Assembly (NCBI GenBank): GCA_038320275.1
Contig: JBBQEB010000021.1
Span: 1 to 33,828 of the forward strand
Direction: 5' to 3'
DNA: 33,828 nt
Source of the DNA: Myxococcales bacterium
GTDB lineage: Bacteria; Myxococcota; Myxococcia; Myxococcales; Anaeromyxobacteraceae
Of this stretch, positions 1-8,623 are shown in pieces. Position numbers and translations under genes: made by a program. Within the stretch, counting starts at the first letter, position 1; the number at the start of each line of letters is the position of its first letter. The notes beneath the pieces are model-generated. The model saw only the letters and a program-made list of their open reading frames with translations. It was not told the DNA's origin and made no database searches.

Positions 1-105
1 CGCGCGCCCGGATCGCCGACCCATACGCCGGGCTTCACCGTGGTGACGACCCCCGACCCCGCGCAGCAGCGCGCCATGGATCTCCTGGAGCGACTCGCCC
101 TGTAG
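1..105 (+). CDS. C-terminal fragment of a probable IS1634-family transposase (runs in from the left edge)
   Basis: Frame 1 reads RAPGSPTHTPGFTVVTTPDPAQQRAMDLLERLAL-stop. This resembles the C-terminal 'TTPxPxQxRAxxLL' tail I recall for IS1634-like transposases. Only 34 codons are visible. Confidence 0.55.
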   Translation, partial: RAPGSPTHTPGFTVVTTPDPAQQRAMDLLERLAL

Positions 106-189
106 CCAGACGAGCCGCACCTCCACCTTGACCAACCGCCCGTCATCACAGCCCAATCTTGCATGGCTCAATACGGAACTTCAGTTTAG
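1..189 (+). mobile_element. Right end of a putative IS1634-like insertion sequence
   Basis: Transposase-like tail, then a lower-GC spacer, then GGAACTTCAGTTTAG (175-189), similar to termini I recall for this IS group. The left end is outside the window. Confidence 0.5.
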
Positions 190-1149
190 CGCACGGTGAA
201 CACGATCCTCCGCTCCGTCCGCTGCCCCCACGCCTCGGCGACGTCCGCAAGGGGGACCGGCTCCGCGTCCACCGTCAGCTTCCCCGGCTCGACTGCGTTC
301 ATCACCTCGCCGACGCTCGCGACGATGGCGGCGTGGGAAGCACTGCCGAGCCCACTTCCCAGGAGCTCCAGGCCCGAGCTGCGGAGCGGGCCTGCCGGGA
401 AGCTGATGGTCGGACCGGCCATCGAGCCGATCTGGACGAAGCGAATTCGCGGCTCGGCCTTGCCGGAGCCGCTGCCGCCGACGGCAGCGAGGATGCTCTC
501 AGCCGGCGGGCCCCACAGATAGTCGAGCACGACCTGGACCTCGCCGCCGCCGAGCTCCGCGGCGAAAGGCGCGGACGAGCTCGTCCGCCGGCCCGTTCAG
601 CGAGATCACCGCGTCTGCACCCTCCGCGGCGAGCTCCGCCAGGCGCGCCTCGTTTCGCCCGGTCACCACCACGCGCCCCGCGCCCAGGTGGCGCGCGATG
701 CGCACCGCGAGCCGGCCGGAGGTGCCGGTGGCGCCGTTCACGAGGACGCCCTCGCCAGCCTGGAGGCGAGCCCGGGACTTCAGCGCCACCCACGAGGACA
801 TGCCGGGGTTGGCGATGGCCGCGGCGGTCACGTCGTCCAGGCCCGGCGGGACCGGCACGGTGTACTCACTTCGCACCGCGACGCGCTCCGCCAGGGCACC
901 CCAGGGGCGGGCGGGGAACGCGAAGTACACCCGCCTGCCGTCGGCCAGCCTTCCCACCCCGTCCACGCCCGGGACGAAAGGGAGCGCCGCCTGGCTACTG
1001 TAGTGCTTGCCGGACGCCTGGATCCTGGCGAGCGGGCTCAGCGCCGCCGCGGCCACCTCCACCACGATCTCACCCGGCGCGAGCCGAGGCTCCTCGAAGG
1101 CGCCGTACGACGGCGGGCCGTCGAAAGCGTGCACGACCGCTGCTCTCAT
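186..1149 (-). pseudogene. Zinc-binding ADH/quinone oxidoreductase (MDR) family gene with a +1 frameshift
   Basis: Starts MRAAVVHAFDGPP at 1149 and carries PFVPGVDGVG and the Rossmann motif VLVNGATGTSG. The C-terminal VLDYLWG...RIVFTVR is in another frame. Length 964 nt = 3n+1. Removing one A from AAA at 565-567 restores ...VRAFAAELGGGEVQVVLDYLWG. Confidence 0.8.
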
Positions 1150-1232
1150 GCGCTTGCCTTTCCGGACGTGGTGGCGAAGGTGCCGCGAAGATGCCTGCTC
1201 GTGAACATAAGAACGGGCCAAAGGGAGGACAC

Positions 1233-2027
1233 ATGGACCTGCAGCTCCGGGGGAAGCGCGCGCTCGTGACGGGCTCCACGGCGGGGATCGGGCTCGCCAT
1301 CGCGAAGGCTCTGGCGGCGGAGGGCGCCGCTGTGGTGGTGAACGGCCGCACGGCAGCGCGGGTGGACGCGGCAGTCGCGGCGGTGCGCTCCTCGACGAAG
1401 GGCGCCGAGGTGTACGGCGTCGCGGCCGACCTCGGCACGGCGGAGGGCTGCGCGGCGGCGGTGGCGGCGGCGCCGGAGGTGGACGTGCTGGTGAACAACG
1501 TTGGCGTCTTCGAGCCGAAGCCGTTCGCGGACATCCCGGACGCCGACTGGCTGCGCTTCTTCGAGGTGAACGTGCTCTCCGGCGTGCGGCTTGCGCGCGC
1601 GCACCTGCCCGGCATGGTGGCGCGGAACTGGGGGCGGATCCTCTTCGTCTCGAGCGAGAGCGCTCTGCAGATCCCGCCCGAGATGATCCATTACGGCATG
1701 ACCAAGACGGCTCAGCTCGCGGTCGCACGGGGCCTCGCCGAGACGACCCGCGGCACGGCGGTCACCGTGAACGCCGTCCTTCCTGGGCCAACCCTGAGCG
1801 AAGGCGTGAGCGAGTTCGTCGCCGCCATGGCGCGCCAGTCCAGCAAGACGCCGGCGGAGATGGAGCGCGAGTTCTTCGCAACCGCTCGGCCCAGTTCGCT
1901 GCTGCAGCGGTTCGAGACGCCGGAGGAGATCGCGGCGCTGGTCGCCTTCGTGGCGAGCCCCCTCTCGTCCGGGGTGAACGGCGCGGCGCTGCGCGTCGAC
2001 GGTGGGGTGGTGCGCGCCATCCCGTAG
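1233..2027 (+). CDS. Short-chain dehydrogenase/reductase (SDR)
   Basis: RBS GGAGG before the ATG. Motifs TGSTAGIG, NNVG, catalytic YGMTK (YxxxK) and C-terminal LRVDGG; 264 aa. Confidence 0.92.
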   Translation: MDLQLRGKRALVTGSTAGIGLAIAKALAAEGAAVVVNGRTAARVDAAVAAVRSSTKGAEVYGVAADLGTAEGCAAAVAAAPEVDVLVNNVGVFEPKPFADIPDADWLRFFEVNVLSGVRLARAHLPGMVARNWGRILFVSSESALQIPPEMIHYGMTKTAQLAVARGLAETTRGTAVTVNAVLPGPTLSEGVSEFVAAMARQSSKTPAEMEREFFATARPSSLLQRFETPEEIAALVAFVASPLSSGVNGAALRVDGGVVRAIP

Positions 2028-2069
2028 CGAACCCGGGCGCAAGGCGAGCCACGGGCCTATGGACGTAGC

Positions 2070-2651
2070 ATGAGCGAGACCAGGATCGGCATCATCATCG
2101 GCAGCACGCGGCCAGGGCGGAAGGCGGAGGCGGTCGCACGCTGGGTGCTGGACAACGCGGCGGGACGCAGCGGCGCGGCGTACGAGCTGGTGGACATCGC
2201 CGAGTTCGACCTCCCGCTGCTGGACGAGCCGGTGCCGCCGTCGATGGGGAAGTACACGAAGCCCCACACCAAGGCCTGGTCGGAGCGGATCGCCTCTTTC
2301 GACGGCTACGTCTTCGTCACGCCCGAGTACAACCACGCCACCTCCGGCGCGCTCAAGAACGCCATCGACTTCCTCTACAAGGAGTGGAACGACAAGGCGG
2401 CCGGGTTCGTGGGGTACGGCAGCGCCGGCGGCGTCCGCGCGGTCGAAAACCTGCGCCTGGTGATGGGCGAGCTGCAGGTGGCCGACGTGCGCGTCGCGGT
2501 AGCGCTCTCGCTCCGCACCGACTTCGAGAAGTACACCACCTTCAAGCCGGAGCCGCACCAGGTCGGAAGCCTGCACGCCATGCTCGACCAGGTGGTGGCC
2601 TGGGCGGGGGCGCTGAAGGGGCTGCGGGAATCGCGGACGAAGGCGGTGTGA
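2070..2651 (+). CDS. NADPH-dependent FMN reductase family flavoprotein
   Basis: GSTRPGR, TPEYNH and LKNAID motifs; 193 aa. Confidence 0.93.
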   Translation: MSETRIGIIIGSTRPGRKAEAVARWVLDNAAGRSGAAYELVDIAEFDLPLLDEPVPPSMGKYTKPHTKAWSERIASFDGYVFVTPEYNHATSGALKNAIDFLYKEWNDKAAGFVGYGSAGGVRAVENLRLVMGELQVADVRVAVALSLRTDFEKYTTFKPEPHQVGSLHAMLDQVVAWAGALKGLRESRTKAV

Positions 2652-2660
2652 AGCTCCCCG

Positions 2661-3857
2661 TCACGCCCACGCTTCCACGGCGAACCTCTCCAGCGCATCC
2701 TCGCGCAGCCGGAAGCCGAGCCCCGGCGTGCGCGGGACCACCAGCTCCCCCCCGCGGAGCTCGAGCTGCGTGTCGACGAGCTCCCGGAAGTTCAGGACCT
2801 GCGCGTCGGGAAAGTATTCGACCCAGGTGGCGTTGGCGGTGGAGGCCACCAGGTGCACGTGCAGATCGTGGAACCAGTGCGGCGCCATGGCGACCCCGAA
2901 GCCGGCCGCCGCGGCGGCGATCTTGCGCCACTCGCTGATTCCCCCGCACACGGCCGCGTCGGTCTGGAGGATGGCGGCCGCGCGCTTCTCGAGCAGCTCC
3001 TGGTGGCGCCAGCGGCCCGCCTCGATCTCGCCGGTGGCGACGGGCACGGGGGTCCTGCCGGCGAGCTGCGCGTGGCTCTCGATGTCGTCGGGGCTGAACG
3101 GCTCCTCGATCCACCAGGGGTCGCTGGGCTCCAATCGCTTCATGTACTCGAGCGCGGTTGCCAGATCCTTCCAGGCGTTGTTGGCGTCGAGCGCGAGGAG
3201 GACGTCCGGACCGACGGCCTCGCGGGCGGCGCGGATGCGCGCCTCCTCGCCCTTGGGGTCGAGCCGGCCCACCTTCATCTTCACCGCCCTGAAGCCCATC
3301 TTCACGTAGCCGGCGAGCTCGTCGGCGAGCCCCTGCGGGCCTTTACCCTCCGTGTAGTAGCCTCCGCTGGCGTAGGCGGGGACCGTGGCTGCCCCGGTCG
3401 ATCCCAGGTAGTCGGAAAGCGGGAGCCCCGCCGCGCGCGCGTTCCGATCCCAGAGGGCGATGTCGACGATCGAGAGCGCCCGCATGACCGAGCCGGCGCG
3501 GCCGTGGAGGATGGAATCCTGGTACCCCTCCGCCCACAGGCCCTCCACGTGAAGCGCGCTCCTCCCCAGGAGCGCCGGCGCGAAGAGGAGGCGCACCGCC
3601 GCCGAGACGAGCTCGCCGGCCCGGCTGCCGCCGTAGCAGAAGCCCTGGCCCTCCACACCGTCGGCAGTCCGGATGCGGACGAGCGCGTAGTCGCGCGCGA
3701 GCACGTGCCGCGTGGAGAAGGAGGTGGGCGTGTCGAGCGGCACGCGCACGGTGCGGGCCTCCACCGACACGATCCGGGAGGCCTCGGCGGCCGGGGCTTT
3801 CGCGGCCGGGTTGGCCTCGCCGCGGTCCGTGAGCCCCTTGCGAAGTTCGTTCGACAT
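2661..3857 (-). CDS. Enolase superfamily, mandelate racemase subgroup (probable acid dehydratase/racemase)
   Basis: RBS GGAGG. Motifs DIALWD, YASGGYY, KMK, metal ligands in LDAN / IEEP / TGE, and a His-Asp dyad (QTD...APH). Confidence 0.9.
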   Translation of the reverse strand: MSNELRKGLTDRGEANPAAKAPAAEASRIVSVEARTVRVPLDTPTSFSTRHVLARDYALVRIRTADGVEGQGFCYGGSRAGELVSAAVRLLFAPALLGRSALHVEGLWAEGYQDSILHGRAGSVMRALSIVDIALWDRNARAAGLPLSDYLGSTGAATVPAYASGGYYTEGKGPQGLADELAGYVKMGFRAVKMKVGRLDPKGEEARIRAAREAVGPDVLLALDANNAWKDLATALEYMKRLEPSDPWWIEEPFSPDDIESHAQLAGRTPVPVATGEIEAGRWRHQELLEKRAAAILQTDAAVCGGISEWRKIAAAAAGFGVAMAPHWFHDLHVHLVASTANATWVEYFPDAQVLNFRELVDTQLELRGGELVVPRTPGLGFRLREDALERFAVEAWA

Positions 3858-3889
3858 GTCCGTCCTCCAGTTCGCCTTGCAGTGCCTTG

Positions 3890-4819
3890 CTACCCCAGCC
3901 GCGCCCGCGGGTCCACGCGCGCGAGCCGCTCCAGGAGGAAGTCTACCTCGGCGCGCGCGGCCGGGGTGAGGACCGCGGAGGGCGCACGCTGGGTCTCGTG
4001 GGCGATGGCCCCGCGGCGGCAGAGCACGTACTTGCGCACGGCGAGCCCGACCCCCTGCTGCTGCTCGTAGCGCACGAGCGGCAGGTGGGCGTCGAAGAGG
4101 TCGTGCGCCTCGCCGCGCCGGCCCTCCTTGGCGAGCCGCACGACGTCCACCAGCATGTCCGGGAAGGCATACCCGGTCATGGCGCCGTCCGCGCCGCGCT
4201 GGAGCTCGAGATCGAGGAAGAGCCCGCCATTGCCGCACAGGATGGAGAGCTTTCGCAGGGAGCCCTCCCGCTGGAAGCCGCGGAGCGCGGAGATCTTCTC
4301 CAGGCCCGGCCAGTCCTCGTGCTTCAGCACCTTGCAGGAGGGATGGTCCTGCACGAGCTGGCGGATGACCTTGGGTGTCATCTGCACGCCGAGCGTGAGG
4401 GGGTAGTCCTGCAGCACCCAGGGGACGTCCGCGCCGACCGCCTCCACCGCCCCCCGGAAATAGGCCAGGATCGACTCGTCCGTGCGCAGGTGCGGGGGCG
4501 GCGCGATCATGACCCCGGACGCGCCGCGCTCCATCGCGCCCCGCGCGAGCGCGCGCATGGCCGCGAAGCCGGGAGACGAGACGCCCACCACCACCGGCAC
4601 CTTCCCGGCGCGCGTGACGACGTCCGAGGTGAGCCGCAGCGCCTCCTCCGGCTCGAGCTTGGGCGCCTCGCCCATGATGCCGAGGATGGTGAGCCCGGCG
4701 ACGCCGCAGCCCAGGTAGAAGTCCGTCACTCGCGCGACGGACTCATGGTCGAGGCGTCCGTCCGGGTGGAAGGGCGTGACCGCGATGGTGAAGACGCCAC
4801 CCGCGTCAGCGGTCAGCAC
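3890..4819 (-). CDS. DHDPS/NAL-family class I aldolase or dehydratase (not DapA)
   Basis: VTPF..DG.LD; GIMGE in place of GxTGE; QDYP; candidate Schiff-base Lys in LKHED; GADGAMTG. The GTG start overlaps the upstream gene end. Confidence 0.88.
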   Translation of the reverse strand: MLTADAGGVFTIAVTPFHPDGRLDHESVARVTDFYLGCGVAGLTILGIMGEAPKLEPEEALRLTSDVVTRAGKVPVVVGVSSPGFAAMRALARGAMERGASGVMIAPPPHLRTDESILAYFRGAVEAVGADVPWVLQDYPLTLGVQMTPKVIRQLVQDHPSCKVLKHEDWPGLEKISALRGFQREGSLRKLSILCGNGGLFLDLELQRGADGAMTGYAFPDMLVDVVRLAKEGRRGEAHDLFDAHLPLVRYEQQQGVGLAVRKYVLCRRGAIAHETQRAPSAVLTPAARAEVDFLLERLARVDPRARLG

Positions 4820-5531
4820 GCTCCGGCGCCTCCTTCGCCTTCCACGCCTCGTAGCGCGCCTTCGTCTCCGCGTTCATGGGGTAGAGGCCCGGGAGCGCCA
4901 CGCCGCGCTCCACCTCGCCCATGATCCAGCCCTCCATGCGCTCCTGTTCCGGCGCGGTCTGGAGCAGATCGGAGACGAAGGCCGCCGGGATCACCACCGC
5001 CCCGTCGTCGTCCGCCACGACCACGTCGTCCGGGAAGACCGCAACGCCGCCGCAGCCTATCGGCTCGCCCCAGTTGGCGAAGGTGAGCCCCGCCACCGAA
5101 GGCGGTGCCGCCGCGCCCTGGCACCAGACGGGGAGCCCGCTCGTGAGCACGCCCGCGAGGTCGCGCAGCACGCCGTCCGTGACGAGCCCCGCCACTCCCC
5201 GCTTCGCCATCCGGGAGGAGAGGATGTCGCCAAAGATGCCCGCGTCGGTGACGCCCATCGCGTCCACCACCGCGATGCAGCCCTCGGGCATCGCCTCGAT
5301 GGCGGCGCGGGTGGAGCGCGGGGAGGACCACGATTCCGGCGTGGCGAGGTCTTCGCGCGCGGGCACGAAGCGCAGCGTGAAGGCGCGGCCGACGCGCCGT
5401 CCCTGGCCCTCGCGGATGGGCCTCGTCCCGCGCATCCACACGTTCCGCAGCCCCTTCTTGAGGAGCAGGGTGGTCAGGGTGGCGGTGGTGACCTTCGAGA
5501 GCGTTTCCACGGCACTGCGGTCGAGCTCCAT
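4806..5531 (-). CDS. RraA-like / HMG aldolase family protein
   Basis: RBS AAGGAG. Motifs GRAFTLRF, VVDAMG, GIFGDIL, VTDGVLRD and VVADDDGAVVIP. Confidence 0.9.
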   Translation of the reverse strand: MELDRSAVETLSKVTTATLTTLLLKKGLRNVWMRGTRPIREGQGRRVGRAFTLRFVPAREDLATPESWSSPRSTRAAIEAMPEGCIAVVDAMGVTDAGIFGDILSSRMAKRGVAGLVTDGVLRDLAGVLTSGLPVWCQGAAAPPSVAGLTFANWGEPIGCGGVAVFPDDVVVADDDGAVVIPAAFVSDLLQTAPEQERMEGWIMGEVERGVALPGLYPMNAETKARYEAWKAKEAPERADR

Positions 5532-5572
5532 GCACTCTCCTTCGATTGAACGATCGCGATCGGGTGATCGCG

Positions 5573-6358
5573 TCAGATGCTCGCGATCATCCCGCCATCG
5601 ACCCGCAGCGTCGAGCCGGTGATGAAGGCGGCGCGCTCGCTGGTGAGGAAGGCGACCGCGTCGGCGTACTCGTCGGGGCGGCCGTAGCGGCCGGCGGGGA
5701 TGCCGGCGGTGCTCTCCGCCTCCACCACCTCCACGGTCTTCCCCTCCCGCTTGGCGCGCGCCTCGTCGAGGAAGCGGGTGCGCCCGGTGGCGATGCGTCC
5801 CGGCAGGATGACGTTGACCGTCACGCCGTCCTTGGCCACCTCGCGGGCGAGCGACTTCGACCAGCCCACGAGCGAGAGCCGGAGCGCGTTCGAGATGGCG
5901 AGGTTGGCGATGGGCGCGACCACGCCGGAGGAGGTGCTGGTCACGATGCGGCCCCACCGGCGCTCTCGCATTCCGGGCAGCACGCGGTCGGTGATGGCGA
6001 TGACGGAGAGCACCATCGCCTGGAAGCTGCGCGTCCACAGCGCCGGGTCCTGCCCGAAGGCGGGCGTGGGGGGCGGACCGCCGGTGTTGTTGACGAGGAT
6101 GTCCACCGGCCCGAAGCGCTCCTCGATCTTGCGGACCGAGGGCTCGACGAGCGCGAGGTCCGCGAGGTTCCACGTCAGCGCGAGCCCCTCGGATCCCTCC
6201 CCTTCGACATCCGTGATCGTCGCGGCGAGCGCGTCGGCCGAGATGTCGCCCACCGCCACCCGGGCGCCTTCCCTTCCCAGCGCCCGCGCGATGGCGCGCC
6301 CGAGGCCGCCTCCTCCGCCCAGCACCAGCGCCGTCTTCCCACGCAGCCCGAGGTCCAT
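5573..6358 (-). CDS. SDR family oxidoreductase (atypical active site)
   Basis: MDLGLRGKTALVLGGGGGLG, NNTGGPP, SNALR in place of YxxxK, and ITGSTLRVDGG. Confidence 0.9.
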   Translation of the reverse strand: MDLGLRGKTALVLGGGGGLGRAIARALGREGARVAVGDISADALAATITDVEGEGSEGLALTWNLADLALVEPSVRKIEERFGPVDILVNNTGGPPPTPAFGQDPALWTRSFQAMVLSVIAITDRVLPGMRERRWGRIVTSTSSGVVAPIANLAISNALRLSLVGWSKSLAREVAKDGVTVNVILPGRIATGRTRFLDEARAKREGKTVEVVEAESTAGIPAGRYGRPDEYADAVAFLTSERAAFITGSTLRVDGGMIASI

Positions 6359-6380
6359 GTTCGCGCCCTCCCGCGCCCTT

Positions 6381-7355
6381 CTATTCGCGCCCGCCACGTC
6401 CGTGCCAGGGCGTTTCCGGCACGGGGGTGCGTGGCCCCTCGCCCGCGAACCAGGCGACCAGGTTGTCGACCACGAGCTTTCCCATGATCGCGCGGGTGTG
6501 CTGCGTGGCGGAACCGGAGTGCGGGACGAGCACGACGCGTTCGCTGGCGAGAAGGGCGGCGGGGACGCGCGGCTCGTCGGCGAAGACGTCGAGCCCAGCC
6601 CCGAGCAGCGCGCCCGAGCCGAGCGCCTCCAGCAGGGCAGCCTCGTCCACCACCGACCCGCGGGCGACGTTCACCAGGATGCCCTGCGGCCCGAGCGCAG
6701 CGAGCACCTCCCGGCCTACCAGGCCGCGCGTGGCTCCTCCGCCCGGGACGATGGCGACGAGGGTGTCCACCTCGCGGGCCATCCCGAGGAGCTCCGGGTA
6801 GTGCCGGTAGGGCACCTCGGGCCGCGGCCTGCGGGCGTGGTAGACGACCGGCACGTCGAAGGCCGCGATGCGCTTCGCGATGCGCTGGCCGATGCGCCCC
6901 ATCCCGAGGAGCCCCACCGTCCGGCCGCGCAAGGTCGGGCTGAGCGGGAAGGTTCCCCGCAGCCAGCGGCCCTCGCGCACGAAGCGGTCGGCCTGCGGCA
7001 GGCGCCGCACCGTCGCCAGGAGGAGGCCCACCGTGAAGTCGGCCACCTCGTCGTCGAGCACGTCCGGCGTGTTGGTCACCACGATCCCGCGCCGGACCGC
7101 GACGGAGAGGTCGATGGAGTCGTAGCCGACGCCGAAGTTCGCGACGATCTCGAGGCGTGGCAAGAGCTCCAGGAGCGCTGCGTCGAGCGGCTCGCGCCCG
7201 CGGGTGGCGACGCCGCGGATGTCCGCGCCGTGCTCCTCGGCCAGGCGCCGAGCGCCGTGGTCCGCGGCGCGATGGACGACGAAGTGGACCGCGAGCGCAT
7301 CCTCCACGGCGGGCATCATCTCGCCCATGCTGAGGATCGCGGGCCGCGCGCTCAT
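6381..7355 (-). CDS. D-isomer-specific 2-hydroxyacid dehydrogenase (glyoxylate/hydroxypyruvate reductase-like)
   Basis: GVGYD, TNTP, GMGRIG, NVARG, GLDVFADEP and PHSGSAT, giving the Arg/Glu/His catalytic set. Confidence 0.93.
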   Translation of the reverse strand: MSARPAILSMGEMMPAVEDALAVHFVVHRAADHGARRLAEEHGADIRGVATRGREPLDAALLELLPRLEIVANFGVGYDSIDLSVAVRRGIVVTNTPDVLDDEVADFTVGLLLATVRRLPQADRFVREGRWLRGTFPLSPTLRGRTVGLLGMGRIGQRIAKRIAAFDVPVVYHARRPRPEVPYRHYPELLGMAREVDTLVAIVPGGGATRGLVGREVLAALGPQGILVNVARGSVVDEAALLEALGSGALLGAGLDVFADEPRVPAALLASERVVLVPHSGSATQHTRAIMGKLVVDNLVAWFAGEGPRTPVPETPWHGRGGRE

Positions 7356-8623
7356 CCGGCCGCCCGCGACAGCCGGGGCTGGAGCCTCCCGTCGCCGTCG
7401 AAGGCGAGCGTGCGCGGCGCGGGGTCTACCGTGACGCCGGGTCGCCCCTCCAGCTCGCGCGCGATGGGTCCCGATACGAGGCTCTCCTCGAGGAAGAGCG
7501 TGTTCGGGATGACCACGATCCGGAGCCGCTCGGGCGCCACGCCCGCCAGGCTCCGCAGCGCGGCCGCCACCAGCGCCCCCTCGGTGTCGAAGGTCATGGG
7601 GATGGCCGCCCGCACGACGAAGGTGCTGGTGAGGCAGTTGAGGTAGGTCTTCTCGCGGTCGACGCGATCGACCAGCGCCTTCGTGACGAAGTCGGCCAGC
7701 CCCACCCCGGTCGCGTTGCCGTGCGAGGCCTCCGAGAGCCCCAGCACCGCCAGCCGCTTCACCCGCGGGGCCTCCGGCTCGGGTTGCCCCTGGATACGCA
7801 GCCGGCCCACCACGTTGGTGTCGATCCCGGTCCCGCTGAAGTTCTTTCCCATCTCCTCGATGACGAGGAGGTCGAGCTCCTCGTCAGGCAGCGCGGGGCT
7901 GAGCGTCTTCGACCAGGCGAGGAGCTTCGCCTCCTCCGCCACCAGCGTTTCGGTGGCGAGGCCGCGCACCGCCGCGGTCTCCTCGTAGGCGTTCTCGACC
8001 ACCGCCAGCCCGCCGACCACCGGCAAGGCGGCCAAAACGGCGCGGCCGAGATCCACCAGGAGGCGCGGCAGCTCGCGCGGCCCGAGCTGGTGGAACCCCT
8101 GTGCGCCGAGCGGGCCGCCCAGCCCCACCACCACCATCTTCACGATCCCGCTCTCGAGCTCACCCTTGAACGAGGTGTGGGTCTTCACCCGGTTCACCGG
8201 GAGGATGGCATCCACCTCCAGCGCGGAGCGAAGCGTGTAGAGCGGGAGGCCGCTCGGGCCCTCGCCGATGAGGACGCTGTCGACACAGGTGCGCACCGGC
8301 GCGCCCAGCTCCGCCTCGGTGACGCCGAGGGAGGCGAGGAGCTCTGCCTGTCCGGCCTCGGTGCCGCCGCCGTGGCTCCCCATGGCGGCGAGCAGAGAGG
8401 GCTCGGCTCCCAGGCCGCGCACGTGCGCGATGGCCGCCCGCAGGAGGGAGGCGTAGCCGGCGATGCCGCGGCTGCCGACCAGGATCCCAACCCGCTGTCC
8501 CGGGCGCACCGTCCGGCCAAGGCCGAGCTTCCCCAGTTCCTCCTCGGCGGCCCGGCCCACGTCGTCCACCCGCGGGCGAGGAAAGGTCTGGCGGACGTGG
8601 AAGAGCGGGGGGAGGGCGGTCAT
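7352..8623 (-). CDS. Lactate racemase (LarA) N-terminal domain / DUF2088-type protein
   Basis: GSRGIA, AMGSHGGGT, NRVKTHTSF, ESG, GKNFSGTGIDTNVVGR and SHGNATGVG; 423 aa. 4-bp ATGA overlaps with both neighbours. Confidence 0.82.
   Translation of the reverse strand: MTALPPLFHVRQTFPRPRVDDVGRAAEEELGKLGLGRTVRPGQRVGILVGSRGIAGYASLLRAAIAHVRGLGAEPSLLAAMGSHGGGTEAGQAELLASLGVTEAELGAPVRTCVDSVLIGEGPSGLPLYTLRSALEVDAILPVNRVKTHTSFKGELESGIVKMVVVGLGGPLGAQGFHQLGPRELPRLLVDLGRAVLAALPVVGGLAVVENAYEETAAVRGLATETLVAEEAKLLAWSKTLSPALPDEELDLLVIEEMGKNFSGTGIDTNVVGRLRIQGQPEPEAPRVKRLAVLGLSEASHGNATGVGLADFVTKALVDRVDREKTYLNCLTSTFVVRAAIPMTFDTEGALVAAALRSLAGVAPERLRIVVIPNTLFLEESLVSGPIARELEGRPGVTVDPAPRTLAFDGDGRLQPRLSRAAG

Noticed and set aside
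560..570. Programmed ribosomal frameshift in the MDR gene
   Set aside because: No recognisable slippery heptamer or stimulatory signal, and I know of no precedent in this family. Mutation or sequencing error is simpler.
159..1232. Long N-terminal extension of the SDR ORF; likewise extensions on the 15419-18460, 19632-20915 and 27837-29252 ORFs
   Set aside because: They overlap other real genes. Internal starts with an RBS, gene coupling or a promoter fit family lengths.
3890..4819. dapA assignment
   Set aside because: It lacks the GxTGE motif and sits in a catabolic context.
4806..5531. RNase E inhibitor RraA or menG methyltransferase
   Set aside because: Length, motifs and context fit the aldolase-like branch; no SAM-binding motif.
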